Assembly (NCBI GenBank): GCA_964106645.2
Contig: OZ067044.1
Direction: 5' to 3' (one strand)
Source: Podarcis pityusensis
Lineage: Eukaryota
DNA length: 64,000 nt
Below are positions 1 through 12,240 of this stretch, in pieces. The position numbers and the translations under genes were made by a program. Positions within the stretch are counted from its first letter, which is position 1, and the number at the start of each line of letters is the position of its first letter. Below the pieces are notes generated by a model, which was not told the origin of the DNA, did no database searches, and was given only the letters and a program-made list of their open reading frames with translations.

Positions 1-119
1 CTTTTGAACTGCTGGGTTGGCAGGAGCTGGGACAGAGCAACAGGAGCTCAACCCATCACATGGATTTAAACTGCCAACCTTACGATTGGCAAGCCCAAGA
101 GGCTCAGTGGTTTAGACCA
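1..119 (-). mobile_element. Sauria SINE, head-proximal part, cut by the window edge
   Basis: Aligns with the head-proximal half of the full copies at 25825 and 41414. Confidence 0.85.
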
Positions 120-2705
120 GGTGCTTAGCAACCTACTATAAATGAGAAAATGTGAGACCCCATAAGAATCAACACGACAATTATTATAGACCCCATCAAT
201 TATTAATACAAGTTAATATTTTTATAGTTCATTGCTGATTTGGGCGGTCCAAATGACCCATTATAGGTTCAGGAAAGTTCTCCGTTACGAACACAGATGT
301 GTTAACCTGAATCATCATTTTATTCTTTATAACAGGTTATTAAACGCCATAAAACATGGACACACCTTTCTAGTTTCTTTTATTTTGCACTAACGATCAA
401 TCACTTAATCATGCTAGAGTGGAAAATGCCTGCTCAAGTATGCAGCAAGTAACATATGGATATAAAATCATTATATTTTCTTCATGCACTCACATGGTCA
501 TGTTATCATGGAATGCATATTTGGGGTTTGTTGGGCAAAGCTACTGTTAGAAAAAGACAGACACAGGTTACAGAACTCCCGGATTAATATTCCTGCTTTT
601 CAAGACCCCACAGGTTGGTGGTGGTTTAAGACAAATCTAAAGTTTCATAACACACAACCATGATCCTTTCACTAGTGCAGAGACTCAAATTTCACGAAGA
701 ACAGATTCAGTCAAAGAGTAAAGTGACCTGCCATCATTCTTTAAAACATAGACTACAGTTAAGGAGTCAAAGCTGGTTTTTAATGGCCCCTCAATTTCTT
801 ATTTCCACCTGTAGGGTGTGGTGGTCTAGTGTTTAACTACACACAGCTGTGACATAAAACTTACGTTTCCACAAGACATACTATTATACATTTTATTTCC
901 ATGTCTGGGCTTCTTTGCCTCAGTGTTTATATAAAGGAGTTTTTTTTTAAAAAAAAAATGTGTCAAAGTAGATTTTATACAACCCAATGTGGAAAAAAGG
1001 GGTCTCCAATGTTGCAATGGTATCCCTATGTGTGTACAAGTAAGAGAACAGGAGCAAATATTTGTACTTGGAGGTACCCTGATAGGGTTTGCTTTAATCT
1101 ACTGTGTTTTTTTAAGAAGAATCATTTGGGTGATTTATATTTATTTTGCAATTACTCATGTAGTTGCATAAGGCATGAATATGAGCATTTTGTGCTCATC
1201 AACATCTGAAATAATTCAGTTTAATAATCAACTTCAAGGTGACATACTGAGAGTGGCCAAGAATATCTTCCAAAGGTGTATCAAAAATATGCCTCAGCAG
1301 TTGATGAATGCCTTCATTCATTACAAAATGAACTTTTTCACATTATTTCACTGCTTCTTTGAACACCAGCCTACACCCCATTTCCAGTTTGAAGCAGATC
1401 CGATTACCCAATTAGTACTATTAACTAAGGCAGGGGCCTTCACTTGTTGTATCAAGTTGAGAAAATTGCCCTTCTGTTGCAACCCTCCAGATATAAATAC
1501 GGGACACATTTTGTTAAAGTAAATGTGTACAAAGCAGATGGTAGTTTTAAAAAAAAATCATGACCACAAACCAATATTAATATAAACACAATGCTTAAGC
1601 AGCCAAGAAAGTTCCAAATGCATGTGAAATTCTTGTACATGAAACTTCAGACTAAAACTTTCTTTACAAGAGACCTTTCTGAGAGATTTATCTAAAAGTG
1701 ATAATATTTTGATGGTAAGTTATATTTTAATCACTTTTTGAAATTTGTTTTGATGGCTATGTAAAGCCCTGTGTGACCTTGCCTAGATTAAGAATGGTGT
1801 ATAAATATTTTAGTAAGTAAAATAAAATCTCTGTTAAAAAAAGGATGTCACTTCCCACTGTCTCTAAATATTTCTAATAAAAAAGCATTTGGCATTCAAA
1901 GGTTTGTTCTACCAGAACAAAACTTCTCAATCACTTTTCAATAGTAAAAGAAATCTATCTTCCTGTTACCATATTGCCTAGTGCCACACCTGCCCATTCC
2001 GCTATCTCATATCATCTTCCTAAAAAGCACTATGATGAGAGCTTTCAAACATGTTTTTATTAATCATGGTGTGTTGTCTGAAATGTTGGCTGAAATCTCT
2101 CATCTGTGAAAAATACCTAAGAAAGGAAGTTAATCAGATATACAGCTGCATAAAACAAAGCTAGAATGCCAAATGAGTTCCCCCGCCTTCTGGCAAATGT
2201 CAAAGATGTGTCGGCACATGTATTTTGTGTCATTCCAGATAACAATATGAATGACATCATACATCCTTTTCACAACTTCCCTCTACTCCTGTCATACTAA
2301 TGTTTGTACAACTTTCTGAGAGGCAAAAAATAAGTGGGGTGGGGAAGAGAATTTAAGCAAGTCTTAAAAATGCAAAGAAATATACACTGCATAGCAGAAA
2401 CATGTATTTTCTGTATAAAGCTTACGTATTGTTAATGAACTAAAACCAGATCTGGGTCACAGTTTCCATGCTTTGCATTACTTTTATGCTATAAACAATT
2501 TAACATTTAGCTGAGTGGGAATGTTCAGAGAAACATGTGGAAATGAAACACTCAAGTGCTGGTGATCAGTGTCACTTAAGGGAAACATGGCCCCTAGCTC
2601 CCATACCAGCCCAGGTACACTGATAGACTTCTGCCCACATGGTTTAGCTTTCCAGTATATTTACAAGCATGCAAGCTACGGATGACCTAAATGTGCTGAG
2701 TCTCA

Positions 2706-5281
2706 ATCCAAGGCAGACCTTTTAACATCACAGTAATCCAAGTTTATGCACCAACCACTGGTGCTGAAGAAACTGAAATTGACCAATTCTATGAAGACTT
2801 ACAACACCTTATATAAATGACACCAAAGAAGGATGTTCTTCTCATTATAGGGGATTGGAATCCTAAAGTAGGGAGTCAAGAGATAAAAGGAACAACTGGC
2901 AAGTTTGGCCTTGGAATTCAAAACAAAGCAGGGCAAAGGCTAATAGAGTTCTGCCAAGAGAACAAGCTGGTCATCACAAACACTCTTTTCCAACAACACA
3001 AGAGACGACTCTACACATGGACATCACCAGATGGGCAGCATCGAAATCAGATTGATTATATTCTCTGCAGCCAAAGATGGAGAAGCTCTATACAGTCAGC
3101 AAAAGCAAGACCTGGAGCTGACTGTGGCTCAGATCATCAGCTTCTTATAGCAAAATTCAAGCTTAAACTGAAGAAAGAAGGAAAAACCACTGGGCCGGTA
3201 AGATACAATCTAAGTCAAATCCCTTATGAATACACAGTGGAAGTGAGGAACAGGTTTAAGGATTTAGATTTGGTGGACAGAGTGCCTGAAGAACTATGGA
3301 TGGAGGCTCGTAACATCATACAGGAGGCAGCAACTAAAACCATCCCAGTGAAAAGGAAATGCAAGAAAGCAAAGTGGCTGTCCAACGAGGCCTTACAAAT
3401 AGCGGGGGAGAGAAGGCAAGCAAAATGCGAGGGAGATAGTGAAAGATACAGGAAATTGAATGCAGAATTCCAAAAAATAGCAAGAAGAGACAAGAAGGCC
3501 TTCTTAAACGAGCAATGCAAAGAAATAGAGGAAAACAATAGAATGGGAAAAACCAGAGATCTGTTCAAGAAAATTGGAGATATGAAAGGAACATTTCGTT
3601 CAAAGATTACCATAATAAAAGACAAAAGTGGAAAGGACCTAACAGAAGCAGAAGACATCAAGAAGAGGTGGCAAGAATACACAGAGGAGTTATACCAGAA
3701 AGAAATGGATGTCTCGTACACCCCAGGTAGTGTGGTTGCTGACCTTGAGCCAGACATCCTGGAGAGTGAAGTCAAATGGGCCTTAGAAAGTACTGCTAAT
3801 AACAAGGCCAGTGGAAGTGATGATATTCCAGCTGAACTATTTAAAATTTTAAACGATGATGCTGTCAAGGTGCTACACTCAATATGCCAGCAAATTTGGA
3901 AAACACAGCAGTGGCGAGAGGATTGGAGAAGATCAGTCTACATGCCAATCCCTAAGAAGGGCAGTGGCAAAGAATGCTCCAACTACCGCACAGTTGCACT
4001 CATTTCACACGCTAGCAAGGTTATGCTTAAAATTCTACAAGGCAGGCTTAAGCAGTATGTGGACCGAGAACTCCCAGAAGTGCAAGCTGGATTTCGAAGG
4101 GGCAGAGGAACCAGAGACCAAATTGCAAACATGCGCTGGATTATGGAGAAAGCTAGAGAGTTCCAGAAAGACATCTACTTCTGCTTCATTGACTATGCAA
4201 AAGCCTTTGACTGTGTCGACCACAGCAAACTATGGCAAGTTCTTAAAGAAATGGGAGTGCCTGATCACCTCATCTGTCTCCTGAGAAATCTCTATGTGGG
4301 ACAAGAAGCTAGAGTTAGAACTGGATATGGAACAACTGATTGGTTCAAAATTGGGAAAGGAGTACGGCAAGGCTGTATATTGTCTCCCTGGTTATTTAAC
4401 TTATATGCAGAATTCATCATGCAAAAGGCTGTACTGGATGAATCCCAAGCCGGACTTAAGGTCGCCGGAAGAAATATCAACAACCTCAGATATGCAGATG
4501 ACACAACCTTGATGGCAGAAAGTGAGGAGGAATTAAAGAACCTTTTAATGAGGGTGAAAGAGGAGAGCACAAAATATGGTCTGAAGCTCAACATCAAAAA
4601 AACGAAGATCATGGCCACTGGTCCCATCACCTCCTGGCAAATAGAAGGGGAAGAAATGGAAGCAGTGAGAGATTTTATTTTTTTGGGCTCCATGATAACT
4701 GTAGATGGAGACAGCAGTCACGAAATTAAAAGACGCCTGCTCCTCGGCAGAAAGGCGATGGTAAACCTAGACAGCATCTTAAAAAGCAGAGACATCACCT
4801 TGCCAACAAAGGTCCGTATAGTTAAAGCCATGGTTTTCCCGGTAGTAATGTATGGAAGTGAGAGCTGGACCATCAAGAAGGCTGATCGCCGAAGAATTGA
4901 TGCTTTTGAATTATGGTGCTGGAGGAGACTCTTGAGAGTCCCATGGACTGCAAGAAGATCAAACGTATCCATTCTTAAGGAAATCAGCCCTGAGTGCTCA
5001 CTGGAAGGACAGGTCGTGAAGTTGAGGCTCCAATACTTTGGCCACCTCATGAGAAGAGAAGACTCCCTGGAAAAGACCCTGATGTTGGGAAAGATGGAGG
5101 GCACAAGGAGAAGGGGACGACAGAGGACGAGATTGGACAGGTTGGACAGTGTTCTCGAAGTTACAAACATGAGCCTGACCAAACTGCGGGAGGCAGTAGA
5201 AGACAGGAGTGCCTGGTGTGCTCTGGTCCATGGGGTCACGAAGAGTCGGACACGACTAAACGATTAAACAACAACAACAAC
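2706..5281 (+). mobile_element. Bov-B LINE (RTE clade), 5'-truncated, with (CAA)n tail
   Basis: AP-endonuclease motifs (IQVYAPT, GDWN, NQIDYI, SDH), RT with YADD, the typical Bov-B C-terminus (VHGVTKSRTRL) and an AAC-repeat tail. Confidence 0.97.
2817..5267 (+). CDS. Bov-B ORF remnant: partial APE endonuclease plus complete reverse transcriptase (816 aa, uninterrupted)
   Basis: ORF track. Endonuclease homology continues upstream in frame past a TAA at 2814-2816, so this ATG is internal and the N-terminal endonuclease part is missing. Confidence 0.85.
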   Translation: MTPKKDVLLIIGDWNPKVGSQEIKGTTGKFGLGIQNKAGQRLIEFCQENKLVITNTLFQQHKRRLYTWTSPDGQHRNQIDYILCSQRWRSSIQSAKARPGADCGSDHQLLIAKFKLKLKKEGKTTGPVRYNLSQIPYEYTVEVRNRFKDLDLVDRVPEELWMEARNIIQEAATKTIPVKRKCKKAKWLSNEALQIAGERRQAKCEGDSERYRKLNAEFQKIARRDKKAFLNEQCKEIEENNRMGKTRDLFKKIGDMKGTFRSKITIIKDKSGKDLTEAEDIKKRWQEYTEELYQKEMDVSYTPGSVVADLEPDILESEVKWALESTANNKASGSDDIPAELFKILNDDAVKVLHSICQQIWKTQQWREDWRRSVYMPIPKKGSGKECSNYRTVALISHASKVMLKILQGRLKQYVDRELPEVQAGFRRGRGTRDQIANMRWIMEKAREFQKDIYFCFIDYAKAFDCVDHSKLWQVLKEMGVPDHLICLLRNLYVGQEARVRTGYGTTDWFKIGKGVRQGCILSPWLFNLYAEFIMQKAVLDESQAGLKVAGRNINNLRYADDTTLMAESEEELKNLLMRVKEESTKYGLKLNIKKTKIMATGPITSWQIEGEEMEAVRDFIFLGSMITVDGDSSHEIKRRLLLGRKAMVNLDSILKSRDITLPTKVRIVKAMVFPVVMYGSESWTIKKADRRRIDAFELWCWRRLLRVPWTARRSNVSILKEISPECSLEGQVVKLRLQYFGHLMRREDSLEKTLMLGKMEGTRRRGRQRTRLDRLDSVLEVTNMSLTKLREAVEDRSAWCALVHGVTKSRTRLND

Positions 5282-6399
5282 ACACAGAAGGAATCCAGCC
5301 ATATTGGCAGACATATTTAGCCATACCCGAACTACTATGATTGAGCAAGTACAAGGGAAATGGCAACTCTGAAAGGCTTGTTCAAGGAGATTCTTAGGCA
5401 GTGATCCAAGTAAACTATATGTGCTCAGGGTTCTCTTATAAAGCTTCCCTCGCTCTTCCACAATTCTGATGGAGTGTCCCACCACCACCATGCTGCTATT
5501 AAGCTTAGGAAATAGCTGGAGAAAGGTTGCCTTGAAGGAAAAAGAAGGCTGGGAGAGAAAGAATGTGAAGTACCTCTGAAGACTGAATTTCTTAGCATTA
5601 AATGGAATCTGAAGGATGCATAGGTAGTCCTAGTAGTAAAATGACTTTTTAAAAGCATTCACTCTCTTCTTGAAAAACCTTGTGTATTTGGTTAACGAAA
5701 GGCATACAAATAGCACCCAAAACAACAACAGCTAGTCAGTGGCCAGGCACAACAACATGTTCTGAAACATCTGCTGTTTACATCTTCCACAAGGTAAACA
5801 TGATAAACAAGATGAGAGACTTAGCCGAGTTTTCAAGCATTTAGGGGATGTGTTTAGATATTCTTTCCACCACCCTCACCTCTTACATTTGTCATGTTTA
5901 CATATCTTGTACTTACAGCATATCCCAGTCATGGTCTGAACACCTGCTACCATCCCCTGCAAATCCAAGCAATCTCACTGTGACCTCCTACACCCTAACC
6001 TACCCTGCTTTTCTTCCTCCAAGCTTTCCTGGCAGTGGGTCAGCTCTGGCATGACATTTTCACTAGAGGTTTCAAAGTGAGGCCTCTCTCTATGGTGCAA
6101 TCAGCATTGCTGTAGCATGCATGCCTAAGGAGTCCTGGGATATGCAGCATATTTATCAGGATGCCTGGGATGCTAAGGATTGGCTTTCTTCATACAAGCC
6201 CAGTGGAGTGCTAAGGTGAGGCCTAGCTGATAGTACCACAACCTGTTGTTGCCTGGCAGCAGTGTTTTCCCTGGATGCGACTGCAACTGCATAAGTGGAA
6301 TGCCCGCAATGGGCTTAGGTAAGTTTATTATCTGCACTGAGTACAAACAGCCTCAACTGCTAGACTATTAGCATTGATTCAGAAGTCTTACATCACATT

Positions 6400-6835
6400 C
6401 CCAAGCCCATATTCCCAGCATGTTCATACTTCTGGCTCAGTGACATCTGAACTGGCTTGGTCATGTACACAGAATGGAAGAAGGCAGGATCCCCAAGGAC
6501 ATGCTCTATGGGGAGCTGGTTTCAGGAAATAGGCCTCTTGGCAGACCAACTCCATATTACAAAGATGTCTGCAAATGTGACATGAAGGCTAGCAACATAT
6601 GGGATGATCGCAGTGCCTGGAGAAGGTCAGGTTGTGTATCCACAGCAGAGACCAGAGGAGGAATGACCTTTGGGAGGACTGCAGAGAGAAGAAATGCCAT
6701 GATGCAAAATTAGATACCTTCGTCTGCCCCAAACATGTATCTACGGCATCAGTCTTTACAGCCATAGCAGGCACTGTAACTCTCCAACAGTTTGACTTTA
6801 CCATAGTCTCCTGAGACAGATGCATACCGACACCA
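6400..6835 (+). mobile_element. Degenerate 3' end of a non-Bov-B RTE-clade LINE
   Basis: WLGHVHRMEEGRIPKDMLYGEL...GRP..YKDVCKCDMK followed by an FVCPK zinc-finger remnant; stops and frameshifts present. Confidence 0.8.
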
Positions 6836-7039
6836 CAGTTGTATTGTTTAGTATTGTTGCTACTAACAAGCAGAACAAGCAGAAGCAAACACAGTCTGCA
6901 AATAGTGAGCCATTCATTACACGTCAAAATGACAGCCCTTGAGTTTTGTTAGTATTAATTTCTTCCCTTAAACCCTAATGAGACACTTTTTCTGCCTCCA
7001 GATGAATTACAATAGTTTGATACGTACATTAGTCTTCTG

Positions 7040-7216
7040 GCAACTCCTACAGCCAAGCTGGTGCCAAACGTATTGCTCTGCTTTCCTTTGGACCACATCA
7101 GTGAGGCCGAGGGGGGCAAGGTCTTGTCATCTGGGCGGCCCAGGACCTCCATACACACTGTCTAGGCTTCCACCCCAGGGAGGTCAATTAGTTGCTGCTA
7201 ACACAGCGGTTTGACT
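7040..7216 (+). mobile_element. Repeat fragment, probably RTE-type LINE 5' region (same family as 35017-35366)
   Basis: Shares ~53 nt (gcaactcct...ccaaacgtattgct...cctttgga) with 35314-35366. Confidence 0.55.
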
Positions 7217-8384
7217 AACAACAAATGCACTTGTTTCTGAGCAAGTCGCTAAGCCAGCAGAAATCAATTAAATAATAATAATTGCTGCCTATGAGGCAGT
7301 AAGTGTTTACAATTTCTCTGAGTTGTCTTCTGAGAAGAGAGTCAATAATGCTGTTGTAGTTGCAGAATTTGACGAGGACTCTCTGCCAAAGACTAATGAG
7401 ACAGTAGTAAAAGTATTTTGAGCTCTGTATTAGAGACCTCTAGTTTGGACTACTACCTTAATGTACATGAGGCCACCCTTGAAAGAAATGTTTGAAAAAT
7501 CCAGCTACAAATTCTTATATGGAACTCTTCCCACCCAGCCAGGAGTTTCGAATATTGTTTTTTAAATGTTTGAAGTGTTGGAGTTTGTTTCCCTTTAATT
7601 AAAATTCATGAAATTTGGTTAATGTACAAATATCCCAAAGTATAAAATTTCCATATGGTTTAATATTCTATAACAGTGTGGCAAGGATAAATATATGTGC
7701 TTGTTTCCCAGTACAAGACATATCACTCCTTTATAGAAGAGATCATATTGTTTCAGTAATGGTTTCTTATACTAAAGCAGGGTGTGGAAGCTCACATTAT
7801 TTATCTCTAAACAGGAGGTTTTGGGGAAAACACACTTCGATGAAATTAGTCCTTACCAGCAACCACGGAGCACACAAATATAGGATCAAGAGCAGGTAAA
7901 ACCACACTTCCTGTTAACAATTGTAATACAACGCTTTCATAAAAACAGTCTGCAAGAAATCCCCCAAAGGGAATAAACATTTCTATAAGCAACAGAGCAG
8001 ACCTTATGGTATCTGGTTACATTCCAGTGGCAATAGAAAAGCGTTAAAAGAAGATACTCCCTCCTTCCTTTTACGCAGAGAACATGGAAACATCCACTGC
8101 TCCTAGTTTTAGACAGCTGGAAGTTTAAAGCAGCTTTCTTTCATATAGTTTTGTGTGTGTTCTGATTCTTGGTTCTGAGCAAAGTGTAAGAATGGAAAAG
8201 AAATTTGTTCTCTTTTTTTTTTTGCATCAGACCAACCTAATTAGGCATTCCTCAATTTGCTTTGAGGATCTATCAACCAGATTATGTACTTCCTGATTTT
8301 GCAATAGCATCTCAGTCCTAAAATATTATTTTACACTTTAAAATGAATACTAAAAATAGATTTTAGGACCGAATAAGCCTCATA

Positions 8385-8595
8385 GTAAACTGGTGAACCG
8401 GGTTCGCATCTCCACTCCTCCACATGCAGCTGCTGGGTGACCTTGGGCTAGTCACACTTCCTTGAAGTCTCTCAGCCTCATTCACCTCACAGAGTGTTTG
8501 TTGTGGGGGAGGAAGGGAAAGGAGAATGTTAGCTGCTTTGAGACTCCTTAGAGTAGTGATAAAGCGGGATATCAAATCCAAACCCTTCTTCTTCT
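8385..8595 (+). mobile_element. Squam3-like tRNA-derived SINE, 5'-truncated, (CTT)n tail
   Basis: B-box-like ggttcgcatct, gtgaccttgggctagtcac core, aaagcgggatatcaaatcc end and CTT repeats. Confidence 0.75.
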
Positions 8596-9542
8596 CACTT
8601 CTGGGGATTCTCCTAACCCTCCAGAGAAGATTTACAGTGCACATGGAGGGAGGAGGAGGTGAGGAAGTTCTATTGCACAGCAAAAACACCTTGCACTAGC
8701 AGAACTGTTCAGCCAGGTACCGCCCAGTATCTCTTTTTCCAATTATCTCTTTCCACACAACTTTCATGCTTTTGTTCACCACTCATTTTATCCATTTCCC
8801 TGATTTGTCATTCAACATGTAGCCCTTTAATTTTTTTATGCTTTCAATTCACTCTCCTTTCTGTAGTTCACATACTATCCTTAAAAGTATATATTAACCA
8901 AGGAATCTAAGTGTTGCAATTATTATTCATTCCTTTGCAAGACTGACATGTAAATGGAATATACTGGCAAATGTACGTACACCCCCCCCACACACACCCA
9001 TGCATCTTACCCCCAAATAAACTTTGACTGACATTTATATTGGGTGATATTTAATGTTTGTCAGAGGAGATCCACTAAAAGAAATGGACCTGTCCATTGA
9101 TTTCAAGGGTCTACTCAGAGTATCACTTAGTTGGACACATCACCCATTATATTTATACTTGACAAAAGGAAAAGCTTATCTCCAAATTATTTCTTATGTG
9201 ATTGAAATGATATCCCTATAACGGCAATAATGTTAAAAAAGGGAAATTATTTATAAGATAAATAAGTATACATAGAAGCCATTCATAGTACATATTGAAA
9301 ATCTAAAAAAAAATGTGTTTGCATCAAAAAAAAATATAGTGACGGGTAGTAAACACATTCCATTTATTTAGGAATTTGCTGGTTGGAAAAAATCATTCAT
9401 GAAAATTTCTTTTCACTATTAATCACTAGGACCAATATTGTTCAACTTTTGCTATTTCACTGTTTATAAACTGAAAAACAATTTTAATGGTTACATACTT
9501 GTAGTGTATTTTTAAAAGTAATAACATGACAATTTTTATACA

Positions 9543-9964
9543 CTGTATAAGCCGAGGCACCTAATTTTAGAACAAAAAAATGGGAAAACTTATTGACTCG
9601 AGTATAAGCCGGTTCACCACACCACAAACCTGGTGGTGGTGGCAGCGGAGGAGGAAGAACAAGCAGCCCAAAATGGCTGCTTTCGGGCCACTTGTCCCTC
9701 CACCACCGCCTCTTCCGCTCGCAAGAGCAGGCATAGGAGCCGCGGTTGAGAGCAGGCATAGCGCAGTGCAGCACCTCTTCCAACCATGGCTCCTGTGCCT
9801 GCCCTTGCGAGAGGCGGGCGGCGACGGAGGGACCAGCAGCGAGAAAGGGCTCCTTTCGGACCGCTCCTCCCACCGCTGCTGCCTCACTCGAGTATAAGCC
9901 GAGGGCAGCTTTTTCAGCATAAAAAATGTGCTGAAAATGTTGGCTTATATTCGAGTATATATGG
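9543..9964. mobile_element. Non-autonomous Tc1/mariner (Tc2-like) MITE
   Basis: Right TIR ggcttatattcgagtatatatgg followed by TA. Left TIR is internally deleted (ctgtata|agccgagg). Subterminal ctcgagtataagccg repeats and a GC-rich core. Confidence 0.7.
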
Positions 9965-11585
9965 TAGGTCTATTTAACTGTCAAAACAAAATCAGGCTAA
10001 TATTAGATTGGACAACTTTCTTTTCTTCTAAGAAAACTTCTGAAATAGACTGCAGCTTTGGAAAGATTTCGTATGCTTCATTACTCCTTACTTACCTATA
10101 CAGTTTTCATTCCACTTAGTTTATAAGAATGATGCTTAATATTAAATCCAAACAATAAATCCAAATTTAGAAAGCCAGAAATGTGTTACAAATCTAAGCA
10201 TTTTAAGACACATTACTTTTTCTTTCTTTCTTTTTTTTTTTACTGTTGATGGATAATCCTTAATGGTTTAAAAGAAAACAAGATTTCCTTCAAAGGAATC
10301 TATATTTCTAAATAGCTGGACTGAGTTTACTTAACTGTCAGCAGAGTAGGGCACCAAAAGTTCATGTTTTCCTTGCTAGTTAACCAAATGTTAAAAATGA
10401 ATGCAGTCGAGCTCTATTTATGTTTACATTTACCTTTTTAAAAACAGATTTAAAATTTCAGTGGTAACTAGAGAGCATGTTTCCCATTCTTTCTGCACTT
10501 CCATCTTCCATTCTATTAGCTAAGAGACCATGCACTCTTACAATGTACCTTAATATCAAAAAGGTTACAAAACAACTTTTTGAGGGTCAATGTCAACAGG
10601 AGCTGGGAAACATCTGTTTCAGAATGAATCATTCCTCTAGAACAAGAGTGAAACTGTATCTGATCATGGGGTAACACTCAGTCAGCCTTCCCCAGCATGA
10701 CACCTTTCATATGTTTTGGACTACAGTTCTCATCATGTTTTAACACTGGGGTGAATTAAAAAAAAACAACGGAGGGCACCAAGCAGCAAAGACTGAACTA
10801 GGCAACAAATCTAAAATATGGCATGGCAACTTGTAAAAGAGGCCAAAGGGCATCATGCATAACCTAGAGGCTTTTGGAAAGAAATACCATGTGCTGGTGT
10901 TTATCTGACAATGGTAGAAAACTGCAAGCCACGCATATGATTATCTCTTGATATAAACTCTACAGAAAGGGCAGGGATGAGCGTACAGTGAAGGCATGGA
11001 GTCAAACAAACTGGAAATCTCAAATTAATTGTTGTAAGTGGCAACAACCGACCCTAAAATTTCATACTGAGAATACACTATCAGGTGATTTTTTGATGGA
11101 GAAAGGAATCAGAGGAATATCCAAAGGTAACTGTGCTTTAATAGCTGATAACCATACACTGGATAAATGCATATTCTGGTCATGACAAAGAGGCAAACAT
11201 TACAGGCACCCTAAATGACTGTTCCCCTAGAACATGTTGTCATGGAACTTACTGCAGAAGTGTGGCCCCTGTCTACCAAAAGGGCAGCAGTTATGCCCAG
11301 TTTCAACAGGTTCTGTAGAAGAAATCTCCAACTACACATAGCTGTTTTTTACACATAGCAGAAAACTAAATAAGGAAGTGAAAGAAATGCATCTTGAGAA
11401 GTTTGAAAAAACTTAATTTTGCTTACAAATTACATAGCCATAATCCTAAATAAAGCACTTTCCTGAAGCAGAATTACGACAAATCCTAGAAACCATGACA
11501 ACAAAACCAGTATTGGTGATAGTCACAATATCCTTCCTACATAAAGAGCTGTGAAGAACATTAGAAAAATAAAAAGGATACTCAC

Positions 11586-11711
11586 AGTTATAATCAGGTT
11601 TAATACTTTTACCAGCTTCAAGGCTGTTTATTGTGATTTGAAATACGATGTGCAGAAGCAGAAATGTTAGACTCATGAAGCACAAGGATTTTAGTAACCG
11701 GCCTGTATGCC
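11586..11711 (-). CDS. PIEZO2: PIEZO2 coding exon 3 (126 nt, phase 1-1)
   Basis: Translation (G)HTGRLLKSLCFMSLTFLLLHIVFQITINSLEAGKSIKPDYN(C) continues exon 2 in frame; the split Gly codon is G|GG. Acceptor tgtgtcttttag, donor gtgagt. Confidence 0.97.
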
Positions 11712-12086
11712 CTAAAAGACACAAAACACAAATCAGAGCTAGTTAATGTGACAAAAAACATTGGCACAGATAAAACCGCAAGAAGTGCTAAAATATTTAT
11801 GCATATAAAATATATTGTAAAGGCGGATGAAGTTTAAAAAAAAAGCACAAATAAGAAATACTTCCAACAATGTTCCAATCAGTGTTATCTTCACAGTTGT
11901 AGCACCCTGTTCCACCAAAGTCAAACACACACACACCCACACCCACACCCACATATTCATATTCTACATTATGCATATGGGATAAATTAGGCTAAATGGG
12001 TATCAAGCCTTCTTCAAATTCAGTTAAATATTGGATAAAACATTTGTTTTGATGATAAGACAAACCACACATTTGTTTCTATATGT

Positions 12087-12240
12087 TAATAATAATAATA
12101 ATAATAATAATTTATTTATACCCCGCCCATCTGGCTGGGCTTCCCCAGCCACTCTGGGTGGCTTCCAAAAAAAATATTAAAATACTGTACTACATCAAAC
12201 ATTAAAAGCCTTCCTAAACAGGGCCGCCTTCAGATGTCAT
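12087..12240 (-). mobile_element. L2/CR1-type LINE 3' end with (TTA)n tail
   Basis: (aat)n followed by ttatttataccccgcccatctggctgg...ccccagccactctggg, a common squamate LINE terminus. Confidence 0.65.

Noticed and set aside
3224-5320. Antisense and alternative-frame ORFs (214, 173, 142, 133 aa and others)
   Set aside because: Shadow frames of the Bov-B ORF.
1-11585. Search for PIEZO2 exon 4 (STWEKTFRQIGFES-like)
   Set aside because: No matching minus-strand sequence with splice sites found by eye; it probably lies beyond the window.
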